Of a stretch of DNA of 64,000 bases, positions 30,217 to 40,013 are shown piece by piece. The stretch comes from Sphingomicrobium sp. (GTDB lineage: Bacteria; Pseudomonadota; Alphaproteobacteria; Sphingomonadales; Sphingomonadaceae). Positions within the stretch are counted from its first letter, which is position 1; each line of letters begins with the position of its first letter. A program made the position numbers and the translations under genes. Below the pieces are notes generated by a model, which was given only the letters and a program-made list of their open reading frames with translations, searched no databases and was not told where the DNA came from. Location of the stretch: assembly GCA_045811385.1 (NCBI GenBank), contig JBJMUB010000090.1:437-64436 (forward strand). The letters are read 5' to 3'.

Positions 30217-32211
30217 TTAGGCGTCGATAAGTCCATGGCCTCGAAGGGCTGTAAGAATTTGCGAAACGGCCGCTCGTGCTTCGGCGTCTACGTTCGTCCC
30301 CCCGGACGGCGTCGCAATCGCTGTTGTCCTGCTTCCGACGACCTGTTCCCCGTCGATGAAAAGGCCTGAGCGAAGCGATCGTCCATCCACCAGGCGGCTG
30401 CTCGTGACCGGGCCTTCTGCTGATTGGCACGATGCCGTGACGACCATGCCGCGGGCCGATTTCGGGAGCGATACCACTTGCAGCGACGAGAGGTCGATCA
30501 TCAGAAACAGATCGCCGCTGGCGTGGAGGTTCATCGCCCAATGCGTCGCGTAGCGTCCTCGCAGCAGCCGCGTTAGACGGAACCGCCCCGGGCCGATGGC
30601 TTCGGCATCGGCAAATTGAATCAGTTCGTCGCCGATGAGCGCGAGGTTTGTGCCCCCAGCCAACGCTTCATCGTCGCAACTCGACAGCCATTGATTAGGA
30701 TCAACGAGCTCGACCTCGACTGAATTGACCGTGTCGATGTCCTCGGGGTCGCCGTCGGGCAGGAGCGTTTCTGCGGACCCCAGGACTGCTTTCCGATGCG
30801 CGGTGCGGACGCCCAGGAAGAACTGATCGCTGCTCACCTCGACGGGCAGGCGCTTCCATATCGGTGCCGGTGTCGAGGCCGCCAGATGAACGGTCGGATT
30901 CAAGCCCGCCTGATCTGTAAGGTCGGGCAATTCGACGAGCGCCAAGGCAAGGTTGCCAATGACGACGTCGCTCGGAGGAAGAAAGCGTCCCGGATCTGCT
31001 GCGACTGAGGCTTGCGGTCTCCACACCGGTCGCAACTCGGCCACCACGACCATCCCATCGATCGTGGAGTGTTCAATTCGCCAACTGCCTGGAGAGAAGT
31101 CGGTGTCAACCTCGGTTCCCGGCTTAAGGGTCATGAAACGGGGTGGCAGACGCAAAGTGAGCTTGTCTCGCTGGGCCCATCGGCGCGCGATCATCTGTTC
31201 CGCGACAAGCCGCGCGTCACTTGCAGGCAGGACTGCAGGAAGCTCAACTTTTGCCTCGGTCGTCGACGACTGGCCGATGACGTCGCTTCGAGCCTGGCCC
31301 GTCTGATAATCCCGCTCGGCATCATAATAAGTCAGCGATAGGAATGAGGGTAATGATCGGGCCGGAATCTGGTCGCGCGCGAGGCGAGCAGTGTTTGCAC
31401 CGTCTGCGCTACAGCCAAGGTCGTCTTCGTCGATCGGTGCCGTCGTTGCCGGTAATGGTGATCGTAGGATCGACCCGTCGTCGACCAGATCGACGGCAAA
31501 GCTGTCGACGATCGGCTCCACGGCATCGCGGATTGAGCGGCCCATCGCCGCGTAACCGCCGACGGAACCGGCGGCACCGCAATCGATCGCACCGCTGCTG
31601 GCATCCGCTAGGATGGTATGGATCGACGGCGCAAGGACATCCGCGACCACCTCGAAGGTGAGAAACGGAATTCTGTTGCCGAATTCCGCGAGCTCGAGGT
31701 TCTCGAAAACCGCAAGACTGATCCCACGGTAGGCCGGCGTGGCGTCGACCCCTTCGATCGACCCGATCAGCGGATCGGCGTCCTGCGCCTCGGTCCCTTG
31801 ATAGAAGCGGAATTCGGTATTGATCTTGAAATCGCCTGCTTCTCCGCGCAGCAGCTTGCCGTCGGCCCAGATGCGCCGGATCTCGACAAGTCGTCGCGAC
31901 GAGAGCGCGACGGCGAATGATACTGAATAGCTGTAGGTGGTGTCGGGCTGTCCCTTGGCCCCGCTGGTCTGCGTGCTCTCGACCAGGTCTGTCGACCAGA
32001 TGATGCTGCCGGCGACCCGCATAGTTCCGTAGATTCTGGGAATCTGCGTGTCGTACGACGAGGTCTGGACGCTCAGGTCGCCGAGCCGTGGACCGCGCCT
32101 CGGCGACCGGAATATCTGCTGGTCGATCGACTGCCCAACAAGGCTGCCGATCGCGCCGCCGACGGGTCCGCCGAGCAGCGTCCCGACGGTACTGAGGACG
32201 AGGGTCGCCAT
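30217..32211 (-). CDS. GTA baseplate/tail protein (g15-like) with DUF2793-protein-like C-terminus
   Basis: MATLVLS..., GPRLGDL.VQTSSY, YGTMRVAG.IIW, IWADGKLLRG, PAYRG, FGNRIP, LLRGRY.T. Confidence 0.88.
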   Translation of the reverse strand: MATLVLSTVGTLLGGPVGGAIGSLVGQSIDQQIFRSPRRGPRLGDLSVQTSSYDTQIPRIYGTMRVAGSIIWSTDLVESTQTSGAKGQPDTTYSYSVSFAVALSSRRLVEIRRIWADGKLLRGEAGDFKINTEFRFYQGTEAQDADPLIGSIEGVDATPAYRGISLAVFENLELAEFGNRIPFLTFEVVADVLAPSIHTILADASSGAIDCGAAGSVGGYAAMGRSIRDAVEPIVDSFAVDLVDDGSILRSPLPATTAPIDEDDLGCSADGANTARLARDQIPARSLPSFLSLTYYDAERDYQTGQARSDVIGQSSTTEAKVELPAVLPASDARLVAEQMIARRWAQRDKLTLRLPPRFMTLKPGTEVDTDFSPGSWRIEHSTIDGMVVVAELRPVWRPQASVAADPGRFLPPSDVVIGNLALALVELPDLTDQAGLNPTVHLAASTPAPIWKRLPVEVSSDQFFLGVRTAHRKAVLGSAETLLPDGDPEDIDTVNSVEVELVDPNQWLSSCDDEALAGGTNLALIGDELIQFADAEAIGPGRFRLTRLLRGRYATHWAMNLHASGDLFLMIDLSSLQVVSLPKSARGMVVTASCQSAEGPVTSSRLVDGRSLRSGLFIDGEQVVGSRTTAIATPSGGTNVDAEARAAVSQILTALRGHGLIDA

Positions 32212-32612
32212 TAGCGGGCCGATCGCAAAAGCTTGCGGTAAACCCCGAGCACGCGCCATTGTGGCTCGCCCGGTGTTTCGACGACTCTACCGAGGCGGGC
32301 GTCTGCGTGAACGAATCCCGCGGCGGTGCAAATTCCGAAGTGAAGCTGGTCGTTCGCGACTTCCATGAGCATCATGTCGCCGCTGCGGCGGCCGGCCGGC
32401 GCGACCCTCCGAAAATGCGCCGAAAGCGCGCACTCGATCTCCTTCCGATGGTTGCCGCGCAACCGATAATTCCGGCGCACCCCGACCGTTGGGATTCCGA
32501 ACGTCGCGAGCAGGAGCCCGACGCAATCGAGCCCGATCTTGGGATCACGTCCCTGCGGCCGGAATCGCGTTCCGACGAGCGCCCGGGCGTTCCCGGCATA
32601 ATCATGTTTCAT
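32211..32612 (-). CDS. NlpC/P60 peptidase (g14-like)
   Basis: VGTRFRPQGR..GLDCVGL, HFGI, VHA. Confidence 0.88.
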   Translation of the reverse strand: MKHDYAGNARALVGTRFRPQGRDPKIGLDCVGLLLATFGIPTVGVRRNYRLRGNHRKEIECALSAHFRRVAPAGRRSGDMMLMEVANDQLHFGICTAAGFVHADARLGRVVETPGEPQWRVLGVYRKLLRSAR

Positions 32613-32616
32613 CGTT

Positions 32617-33426
32617 TCAGGCGCCTGGATAGCGAGTCAGCAGGTCTGCACCTGGAAGGTGGGGCTCGCCGCGAAAGTTGGCGGCGTTTGCGAAGCGGTC
32701 GACGCAGGTCTGAAATCTTTTGTCGCAACCCTCGCGGAGCTCAACCACACAGCCCGGCGCGATGGCGCCGCGTGGAATGTCGCGCACTTGGACAGTCGTT
32801 CCATTGACCGCAACGACGACCGTCGACCGGCCGCAATTGGCCCCACTCAAATAGTGCAGTCGTCCCAGCAGGAAGTCATCGCCGACTGACCCGTTGAGAG
32901 TGATCGCGCCATTTTCATGGGTCACAACTGTTGCGCGTTTCGATCGGCCGGCCAAGTCGACGCGACACTGTTTGTCGCCGAACTGAGCCCTGCACTGCGG
33001 CGACGTCGAAGGGCAAAGCGCACCTTCGAGCTTCGAAGCCGTGCCGCGAAGCTCGGCCGAGAACCCGTCGCCGTTGATCGAGACCTCGCCGAGTTCGCCG
33101 GCAACCAGGTCGACACCTTCGGACTCCGGTTTGTTCCAGTCGATTGCGAAGAGCTTCACCCGCGCGCCGTCCCACCGGCCGAGCGCGAGGTCCTCGCTGT
33201 CGAGCGCCTCCGAGCTGAGCGCGCCGCCAACCTCGCTCGACTGCGGTTCCAAGCCAAGATTGCGGCTCACGGCGGCGGGCAGAATGCCTGGCTCCGACGT
33301 ATATGCCGCTCCGCCTTCGATCACATCGCGATCGTGACTGGTGAGGCCGAGTCCGGCTCCATCCGCGCGCTCCAGCCGCCAACACAGGGCAAGGCTGGTC
33401 AGCTCGCCCTCGACAATGTCGGTCAC
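32617..33426 (-). CDS. DUF2163 baseplate hub (g13-like)
   Basis: CWRLERADG, TSHDRD, CRAQFGD..C, GCDK...C..RFANAANFRGEPHLPG. Confidence 0.9.
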   Translation of the reverse strand: MTDIVEGELTSLALCWRLERADGAGLGLTSHDRDVIEGGAAYTSEPGILPAAVSRNLGLEPQSSEVGGALSSEALDSEDLALGRWDGARVKLFAIDWNKPESEGVDLVAGELGEVSINGDGFSAELRGTASKLEGALCPSTSPQCRAQFGDKQCRVDLAGRSKRATVVTHENGAITLNGSVGDDFLLGRLHYLSGANCGRSTVVVAVNGTTVQVRDIPRGAIAPGCVVELREGCDKRFQTCVDRFANAANFRGEPHLPGADLLTRYPGA

Positions 33427-35727
33427 TCAAACCTCGCGGATCTCGAGGAGGGGAATGCTCGGCGCTTCGCCGGCGCGAAAAGTCGCGCGATTCACTTCGA
33501 TGCGGTCTTCGGCAAATCGCACCGGCACGTCGAACACGAACCCGGCGGTGACGATCGCGCCGGCCGCCGGCGGATCCGCGAACTGGATCGTCCCCAGCGC
33601 CTCCAATGTCCAACCGCCGGCCATTTCCGTGCCGTTCACGGCGATGCGCACCGTTCCGGGAGCCGGCCGGGTGATCCGCCGTCGCTCGCCCGATCCGTAG
33701 GCTTTGGCCAGTTCGTATCGGGTGCCTATCCCATCGCCGGTTCCGATCACCTGATCGGTTGGCGTCGGAACCGCCGACATCGCGTTGGAACTGAAATCAT
33801 ATGGATCGCGGAAGCGAAAGCCGACCGCCGGGCCGCGCCGCGCCCGGAAGAACGCGATTAGTGCTTCGAGTTCGTCCTCGCCACGAACCCCAGGACCGGC
33901 GTCGAATCGCAGCCGCGCCTGCGCCCAATTGGCGTTGCGCGTTTCGAACCCGCTCGCGCTGGTGACGATGTTGGTCGAGAAGTTGGGCGAGACGCTGGCC
34001 TCCTGCCCGATTTCGATCGGGAACGCGATATCGTCGAACGGCACCACGGCCTGCTCCTTGTCAAAAAGGGTGAGGCCGTCGCGAAGCACTTGCGGCAGCG
34101 CCCACAGGAAAACCTCCGCGCAGCCGCGGCCCACGGCCTCGATGGCCGCATCGAGAATAGTCCGCCATCGCCCGCGGTCCGCCGCCTCGGCGACGAAGCC
34201 GGAAAGATAATGCTGCTCGGCGCGCGGATAGCCGAGCCTGGCATCGAGCTGCAGATAAGCCGACGCCCGCAAACCGCTCCGACCACTGGTCACCCACTCA
34301 TAATCCTCGGTTTGCAGGACATCAAAAGCCGGGCGCGCCCAGGCCTCGGGCAGATTTGCCCGTCGGATTTCGGGCGCGTGCGGATCGAGGACCGTCGGCA
34401 AATAGACCAGTAGGAGCGTCTCGGTCGAAGCGTCCGCGAGCTTCGCCGTCGTCGCGATCTGAGCCGTCGAGGCCGCGAGCAGAGCGCCCGCCTGGTCAAG
34501 CAGCGCGACTTGTTCGTTATTCAAGGCCGAGCGCACGTCGCCAATCTCAACCGGATCTCCACCGAACGCCGCCTTTGCCTGGTCGTCGTACAGGCAGACC
34601 GCGCCGGTCGGCTGGACCCACCACCACGGTTCCCCAATCTGCACCCGCGGCCGCAATCCGGTGTCGACCGAAATCGCCACGAGCTCGTCGGCGACGCTAG
34701 AGAGAAAGCCGATGGCCGCTGCGTTCGCCGGCGATACCAGGCTCGACGGCGGCTCCCAGGCGGTCAGCGCCGGAGTGCCGTCAAACGTGCGCTGCTTCCA
34801 CGCTTCGGGGCAGAACATGTCGAGGATTTCGTAAGAGAACGACCAGATCAGCTCATAGCCGTGTGCCCTCGCGGCTCGAGCGAAGTCACGATGCCAGGCG
34901 AGCGCGGCCGCGTTGAGCATCCGCGTCGGATCGAGCCGCGCCGCTCCGTCGAGCGCGAAATAATGGCTCATTCCAATGTAATGGTTGATGGTCCCGCGAA
35001 AGCCCAGCCGCTCGATCGCCTGAACGATCCGCTCGGGCGGCAGATTGTACATGTCGTCATAGGCCGTCGCGATGCTCAATTCGTGCTCGGGCACGACCGC
35101 GTCCCTGATCGCCAGCACGCTCGATGGTCCGTCACAGCGGATATTCGTCACCGTCGCCCTGCCGGTCGCGGGAGCCGGTCGGATGACCGCCGAGCCCTCG
35201 GCGTAATCCGGAGGCACCAGGCTGAGGAACATCCGGTCGATCCGCCTCGGATCGACGCGATCTGCATCGGCAGGAAGCGAGAAGCCGGCGTCGAGCTCGT
35301 CGAAATCGATCCTGATCTCGGCGCTCGTTGGCGACCCGTCCGCATAGTTCCAGAGACGCACCAGCCAGATCTTCGGCTGTCCGGCGCCATCCTGGCCCTC
35401 GACCGTCAGCGTCGGTCCGTTGATGGCATCGAGCGCAATGAGGCCGCTCGACTGCCAGTGGAACTGCAGCGTGCAGCCCGAATAATCGCGGTTCGTCTCG
35501 CGCCGATGGGCCGGGTGGGCCAGCCGATCCTCGCTCTCGTAGATCAAGCCGACGAGGTCGCCCAGGCGCAGGAACTCAGCCTCAACCGTCAGCCCGTGTC
35601 CGTCCGCACTCGTCACCGCGCTGGCGATCGTCCCGCGGGGAAAGTCGACCGTCCAGTGAAGCGGGTCGAACCGCTTGACGAATGTCTCGACGATCGGCGC
35701 GTCGGGCGCCGTGAACCACAGGTTCAT
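33427..35727 (-). CDS. DUF2460 distal tail protein with large N-terminal TIM-barrel-like region (g12-like)
   Basis: C-terminal FFRARRG...FRFRDP.D, AGFVFDVPVRF; N-terminal RFDPLHWTVDFPR, IGEPWWW. Confidence 0.88.
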   Translation of the reverse strand: MNLWFTAPDAPIVETFVKRFDPLHWTVDFPRGTIASAVTSADGHGLTVEAEFLRLGDLVGLIYESEDRLAHPAHRRETNRDYSGCTLQFHWQSSGLIALDAINGPTLTVEGQDGAGQPKIWLVRLWNYADGSPTSAEIRIDFDELDAGFSLPADADRVDPRRIDRMFLSLVPPDYAEGSAVIRPAPATGRATVTNIRCDGPSSVLAIRDAVVPEHELSIATAYDDMYNLPPERIVQAIERLGFRGTINHYIGMSHYFALDGAARLDPTRMLNAAALAWHRDFARAARAHGYELIWSFSYEILDMFCPEAWKQRTFDGTPALTAWEPPSSLVSPANAAAIGFLSSVADELVAISVDTGLRPRVQIGEPWWWVQPTGAVCLYDDQAKAAFGGDPVEIGDVRSALNNEQVALLDQAGALLAASTAQIATTAKLADASTETLLLVYLPTVLDPHAPEIRRANLPEAWARPAFDVLQTEDYEWVTSGRSGLRASAYLQLDARLGYPRAEQHYLSGFVAEAADRGRWRTILDAAIEAVGRGCAEVFLWALPQVLRDGLTLFDKEQAVVPFDDIAFPIEIGQEASVSPNFSTNIVTSASGFETRNANWAQARLRFDAGPGVRGEDELEALIAFFRARRGPAVGFRFRDPYDFSSNAMSAVPTPTDQVIGTGDGIGTRYELAKAYGSGERRRITRPAPGTVRIAVNGTEMAGGWTLEALGTIQFADPPAAGAIVTAGFVFDVPVRFAEDRIEVNRATFRAGEAPSIPLLEIREV

Positions 35728-36294
35728 CGCCGCTCCGCCAGCGCCGAGCGCACTGCCCGCGCCACTTGGCGGCTCGACTGCCGAAGGACCTGCGGGTCGC
35801 CGGGTGCCGGTGTCCGGATTGCGATGGCCACCCGCACGTCACGCCCGCCGCTGCCGGCCCGCTCGATCCGTCCGCCGGTCGACGGCACGAACAGTTCCGG
35901 TCCACGCTCGCCGACAACATATGCGCGGCCTGCGCTCACCGGCCCGCCGGTTGCCCGTCCGGGCATTCCCAGCAATCCGGAGATAAGGCTGCCGATGCCG
36001 TTCAGCAGACCGGCTCCTAACCCGCCGCTTCCGCCGCCGGGATTGAACAGGGCGCGAAGCGAGGCTTGCGCAATGTCGGCCATGGCGGCGAGGGCGACGC
36101 GCTTCAAATCAGCGAAGCCGAGCTTCCCCGGTCGTGATCGCTCGCGCCAGCGCACTGTCGATCAACCGCCCGGCACGCCCGGCGCCGGCGACCAACGGGC
36201 CCTCGAGCTCGCCCCGCATGCTCGCGACATCGCGCGCGAACGCAGCCGTATCCGCGCGGACGCTGACCACCAGTCGTTCGATTTCTTCGTCCAT
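35724..36294 (-). CDS. Short GTA tape measure protein (g11-like), +1 frameshift at 36126-36129
   Basis: MDEEIERLVVSVRADT... joins GKLGFADLK...PGRATGGPV..YVVGERGPELF if one base is removed from the run. Confidence 0.82.
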
Positions 36295-36303
36295 GGTTCT
36301 TGC

Positions 36304-36498
36304 TCACTTGTCAGGAAAGCGTCGACGCAACTCTTCGATCGTCTCTGCGTCCGGCGCGTCGCCCGGCTCGCCCGGCGGGGAGAGGGCAAGCGCAAGCTCG
36401 GCCGGAGTGGCGTTCCAGAAATCTTCGGGCCGCCAGCCAAGTACCGCCGCGGCGCCGAAGCAGTGTCGGGCCGCGGCGTCGCCAAAGCCGCCGGTCAT
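36304..36498 (-). CDS. Tail assembly chaperone (g10.1-like)
   Basis: LGWRPEDFWNATPAEL...RFPD; ATGA-coupled start at 36498. Confidence 0.85.
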   Translation of the reverse strand: MTGGFGDAAARHCFGAAAVLGWRPEDFWNATPAELALALSPPGEPGDAPDAETIEELRRRFPDK

Positions 36499-36809
36499 CC
36501 CCGTCCCTGAAGGATCTGGGCGAGCACCGAGCGGAGGATCGGACTGACACCCGCAAGTCCCTTTTCGGCCACGGCTTCGCCGATCCGCTCGCGCGTGATG
36601 GCATCGGGCCTGCCCCTCGACAGATGGTCGAACAGGGCGACGATCTCGAACAGTCGCAATTGTCCCTCGGCCGCGCGTTCGACGAGCTCGAATAGTGAGC
36701 CCAGCTCTTCCTCCGCGGCGACCAGCGCGCCGAAGCTCGGCCGAAGCACCAGGGCTTCGCCACAGACGTCGATGCTTGCCTCGCCGCGGTACGGATTGGC
36801 TTTCGTCAC
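36495..36809 (-). CDS. GTA-gp10 family tail chaperone
   Basis: GTG start 36809; ANPYRGEA, LRPSFGALVAAEEELG. Confidence 0.88.
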   Translation of the reverse strand: MTKANPYRGEASIDVCGEALVLRPSFGALVAAEEELGSLFELVERAAEGQLRLFEIVALFDHLSRGRPDAITRERIGEAVAEKGLAGVSPILRSVLAQILQGRG

Positions 36810-37213
36810 AGCGCGACGACCTCGCCCGAGCTTTCGAGCGCAAGCGTGTAGTTGCGCTCGCCATTGAAATCGCCGGCATATTCGAGCCGGGTGACGAGGA
36901 ATTGCCCGCGCATCCGATCGCCGCTCTCGAAGCTCAGCTCGTAATCCTCGAGCGCGCCGGTGAGCGCGAGGCCCTTGACCTGAGCCTCGGCCGCGCTGCC
37001 GGTGAAAATCCCGCTCGCGGCCACCGACACCGACCGAACGCCGGCGCCGGACAGCAATTCGCGCCATCCCCCGCTGCCTTTGTTGGTGATCGCCACTGCG
37101 TCGCCGTTGATCGACAGCTGGGTCGTCTTGAGCCCCGCGACCGTCGCATAGGCCGGGGCCGGCGCGCCGTCGCCGATCTTGAGCAGGAATGCGCTGCCGC
37201 GTTCCGCTGCCAT
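36806..37213 (-). CDS. Tail tube protein (g9-like)
   Basis: GSAFLLKIG, GWRELL.GAG, GIF, LEYAGDFNGE, LESSG. Confidence 0.92.
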   Translation of the reverse strand: MAAERGSAFLLKIGDGAPAPAYATVAGLKTTQLSINGDAVAITNKGSGGWRELLSGAGVRSVSVAASGIFTGSAAEAQVKGLALTGALEDYELSFESGDRMRGQFLVTRLEYAGDFNGERNYTLALESSGEVVAL

Positions 37214-37228
37214 AACCGTCTCCTTCTC

Positions 37229-37606
37229 TCAGGTGAGCGCCAGCATCCGCGCCCGAAAATCGATCGCCGCGGCCCACGGCCCGGCAACGTCGCGCAGCAC
37301 TCGCCGCCGGACCAGGCGCATCGTGACGAGCTGCCAATCTTCCGGTGCGGACAGCGCGTGAAGGCGCGCTTCGATTTGGTCGGCCACTCCATGCAGCCGC
37401 ACCGGTTGGTCATCCCACAAAGTGATGGCGACCAGCACTTCGCGGCCGTCACCGCTCTTGTGGCCCCAGTCGATCTCGGTCGTCGCGTCGATTGCCACAT
37501 AAGGGAAGTCGGCGCGTGCCGGCGGACCGTCGTAGACCCCGGTCAGCTGGGGCACCGCGCCAAGCGCCGTCGCAACGGTCGACTGCAGCGCCGCGCCCGC
37601 GCTCAC
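37229..37606 (-). CDS. DUF3168 tail terminator (g8-like)
   Basis: LQ, GVYDGPP...FPYV, DWGHK. Confidence 0.85.
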   Translation of the reverse strand: MSAGAALQSTVATALGAVPQLTGVYDGPPARADFPYVAIDATTEIDWGHKSGDGREVLVAITLWDDQPVRLHGVADQIEARLHALSAPEDWQLVTMRLVRRRVLRDVAGPWAAAIDFRARMLALT

Positions 37607-37812
37607 TTGAGCCCGCTCGACAGAAAGCGCAGCCCGGGCTCGCTCAACCAGCGCTTTAGCAATCCAGGCCCGCGCACCACGACTTTCGCGTCGACGATCT
37701 CGACCGCGCCTGAGCCCAGCATCTCCGTAATCCGAGCGGCGACCCGCTGCGCCTGGCGCCGCTGCTCCGCCAAGGCGAGCCCATCGGCTCGTCTGATCAG
37801 GTCCTTCGTCAT
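37603..37812 (-). CDS. Small GTA-cluster hypothetical protein
   Basis: ATGA/GTGA overlaps with both neighbours. Confidence 0.7.
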   Translation of the reverse strand: MTKDLIRRADGLALAEQRRQAQRVAARITEMLGSGAVEIVDAKVVVRGPGLLKRWLSEPGLRFLSSGLK

Positions 37813-38138
37813 CCTCGCACCTCTTCGCAGCGCATCGTCAGCCGATCCTTCGCGGCCGGATCGTCGAGCACCTGGCGCACCATCAGCTTCCGGCCGCCCC
37901 AGGTGACTCGTTGATCGAGCCGGATTCCCTCCCGGCGCCGGATCGTGACCCGGTATCGCGGCATTGCGCTCAGCGCCTGGGCTTCGCTCTCCGGTCCCAC
38001 GCTCTCGAGAATCACGCCGGCGAGGCAGCGACAGACCAGCTCCCAGCCGGGCTCCTGCAGTCCCATCGCGTTGCGCATGGAGACCGGGCGTTCGATCACC
38101 ACCCGCTGACTGAGCGTACCGGCGAATTCGAGGCTCAT
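37809..38138 (-). CDS. Head closure protein (g7-like)
   Basis: Start 38138 MSLEFAGTLSQRV, RVTIRRR, C-terminal CEE. Confidence 0.85.
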   Translation of the reverse strand: MSLEFAGTLSQRVVIERPVSMRNAMGLQEPGWELVCRCLAGVILESVGPESEAQALSAMPRYRVTIRRREGIRLDQRVTWGGRKLMVRQVLDDPAAKDRLTMRCEEVRG

Positions 38139-38665
38139 CTGAGGCGCATCCGCCGGTACGGCCGCCAAAGGGCGGTCACGGCGGCCGGCGGATCGCCGCC
38201 CGAGCCGTCGCGCGCGGTGAACAGGTGCGCAACCAGCCGCAGGATGCCCTGCCGGATCGGCTCCGGCACCTCGTTCTCGCTCGATGCCAGCCCTGCGCTT
38301 CCACTTACACGAACGCGGCTGAACCGCGCCGAGTCCGACACCCGCACCCAGCCGTCGCCGGAGGAAACGATGTCGACACAATAATCGCCGGTCATCAGCG
38401 GCGATGCATTTCCGTTCTCGTCGATGCCTTGCACATCGCTGATCGACCGGGTCGGGATCGCCGTCAGCCGCTCCCATCCGCCGCTTGCCGCGAGATCCTC
38501 GGCGAAGTTTCGCTCGATCACGACTTGGTTGATGAATGCCTCGCACAGGGCGCTCGCGGTTCGGATCAGCCCGGCGAGCACCGCTTCTTCCTCGCCGGTC
38601 TCAATCCGCACATACGCCTGAGCCTCGCTCATCGTGACCGCGGGTTCCGCTATCCCCAGCATCAC
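38135..38665 (-). CDS. Head-tail connector (g6-like)
   Basis: EAQAYVRIE, CEAF, PEPIRQGILRLVAH, PAAVTALWRPYR. Confidence 0.9.
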   Translation of the reverse strand: MMLGIAEPAVTMSEAQAYVRIETGEEEAVLAGLIRTASALCEAFINQVVIERNFAEDLAASGGWERLTAIPTRSISDVQGIDENGNASPLMTGDYCVDIVSSGDGWVRVSDSARFSRVRVSGSAGLASSENEVPEPIRQGILRLVAHLFTARDGSGGDPPAAVTALWRPYRRMRLR

Positions 38666-38943
38666 CGTATCTCCACACGCAGCACGATCGACCGGCTGTC
38701 GGTCCGGCCCGATGCCGTGACGATTTGGTTGACCAACCGGTAAATCCGCCCCGGAACTCCGCCCTCGGCCTTCACGGTCGCCGTCGCCGCCTCGAATTGG
38801 CTGCCGACGACGGTTACGCCGCCCGGCTCGTCAGGGGTTGCGGACCATGCGCTCGCGGCAAGGACATCATCCCCGAGATATTCGGCGCCCCAGTCGATCG
38901 AATAATCGAGGACCGCATCGGGATCCTTCAAGAGCAGGCTCAT
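38662..38943 (-). CDS. Small phage structural/fibre adaptor-like protein
   Basis: KDPDAVLDYSIDW...GG.PG..Y..GR.D.RS; RBS AAAGGA. Confidence 0.75.
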   Translation of the reverse strand: MSLLLKDPDAVLDYSIDWGAEYLGDDVLAASAWSATPDEPGGVTVVGSQFEAATATVKAEGGVPGRIYRLVNQIVTASGRTDSRSIVLRVEIR

Positions 38944-39007
38944 TTGATTCCTTTCCGACCGCGCGACAGTACTTCGTCCCGCAATTCTGCCGTGTTAGGC
39001 GACGCCC

Positions 39008-39874
39008 ATGGCTGTTGAGGCGCGGGACGCATCAAGGATCGTCAACGGCATCCCGCGCTTCGGGGACGTCGACAATTATTCCGAAAGCTTCGGCTTTCAG
39101 TGGAACCGCTTCGCCGCGACCCAACTCCACGCGCACAGCTCCGAGCGGCTGTGGCGTGAGACCGGCTGGACCCCGGCCGAGCTAGACGGTCTCGACATCC
39201 TCGAGGCCGGCTCCGGCGCCGGCCGTTTCAGCCGGGTCCTCCTCGAACAGACCAAGGCGAACCTCTACAGCTTCGACTATTCAACCGCGGTCGACGCGAA
39301 CCTCCGCAACAACGGCGGGATCGCACCCGACCGCTTCCATCTTTGCCAGGCCAGCATTTACGACATGCCGTTTCCCGACGGCTCGTTCGACAAGGTCCTG
39401 TGCCTCGGCGTGCTCCAGCACACCCCCGATTTCGAAGCGTCCGTTCGGGCCCTCGTCGCCAAAGCCAAGCCGGGCGGCGAGATCGTGGTCGATTTTTATC
39501 CGATCCGCGGCTGGTGGACCAAGCTCCACGCCAAATATCTCCTCAGGCCGGTCGCCAAGCGCATGTCGCGCGAACGCCTGCTGAAGCTGATCGAGCGTAA
39601 CGCCGGCTGGCTCGTCGCGACGCACCGGGCCCTGACGCGCATCGGCCTCCACGCGCTTACCCGCTTCCTGCCGCTGGTCGACATCGCCGCAACACTGCCC
39701 GCAGACCTGTCACCCGCCGAGCTTCGCGAATGGGCGATCCTCGACACTTTCGACATGTTCTCGCCCGAATTCGACAGTCCGCAGCGCACCTCCGCGGTCG
39801 TCGCCATGTTCGACCGCGCGGGAGCCCAGGTGACCCATGTCGAAACCGGCCTCGTCCGCGCCAACCGGATCTGA
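39008..39874 (+). CDS. Class I SAM-dependent methyltransferase, antisense insert in the GTA cluster
   Basis: SFGFQWN, ILEAGSGAGRF, PFPDGSFD, GVLQHTPD, KPGG. Confidence 0.88.
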   Translation: MAVEARDASRIVNGIPRFGDVDNYSESFGFQWNRFAATQLHAHSSERLWRETGWTPAELDGLDILEAGSGAGRFSRVLLEQTKANLYSFDYSTAVDANLRNNGGIAPDRFHLCQASIYDMPFPDGSFDKVLCLGVLQHTPDFEASVRALVAKAKPGGEIVVDFYPIRGWWTKLHAKYLLRPVAKRMSRERLLKLIERNAGWLVATHRALTRIGLHALTRFLPLVDIAATLPADLSPAELREWAILDTFDMFSPEFDSPQRTSAVVAMFDRAGAQVTHVETGLVRANRI

Positions 39875-39878
39875 GCCC

Positions 39879-40013
39879 TCATCGTGCCTCCGGCTGGGCC
39901 ACCACGTCGGCTTTGGCGACCGTCTGCCGCCTGCGCGGAACCTTGTCCTTCGCCGCAGCCCTGGTCTGCTCCGAAAGGGCCGCTTCGCCGCTCGCGAACG
40001 TGCCGATGCTCAT
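39879..40013 (-). CDS. 44-aa GTA-cluster small protein
   Basis: ATGA-coupled to the stop of the 859-aa gene; MSIGTFASGEAALSEQ...PEAR. Confidence 0.55.
   Translation of the reverse strand: MSIGTFASGEAALSEQTRAAAKDKVPRRRQTVAKADVVAQPEAR

Noticed and set aside
36304-36809. Lambda G/GT-type programmed frameshift between tail chaperones
   Set aside because: The genes join by a normal ATGA overlap and no clear slippery heptamer was seen
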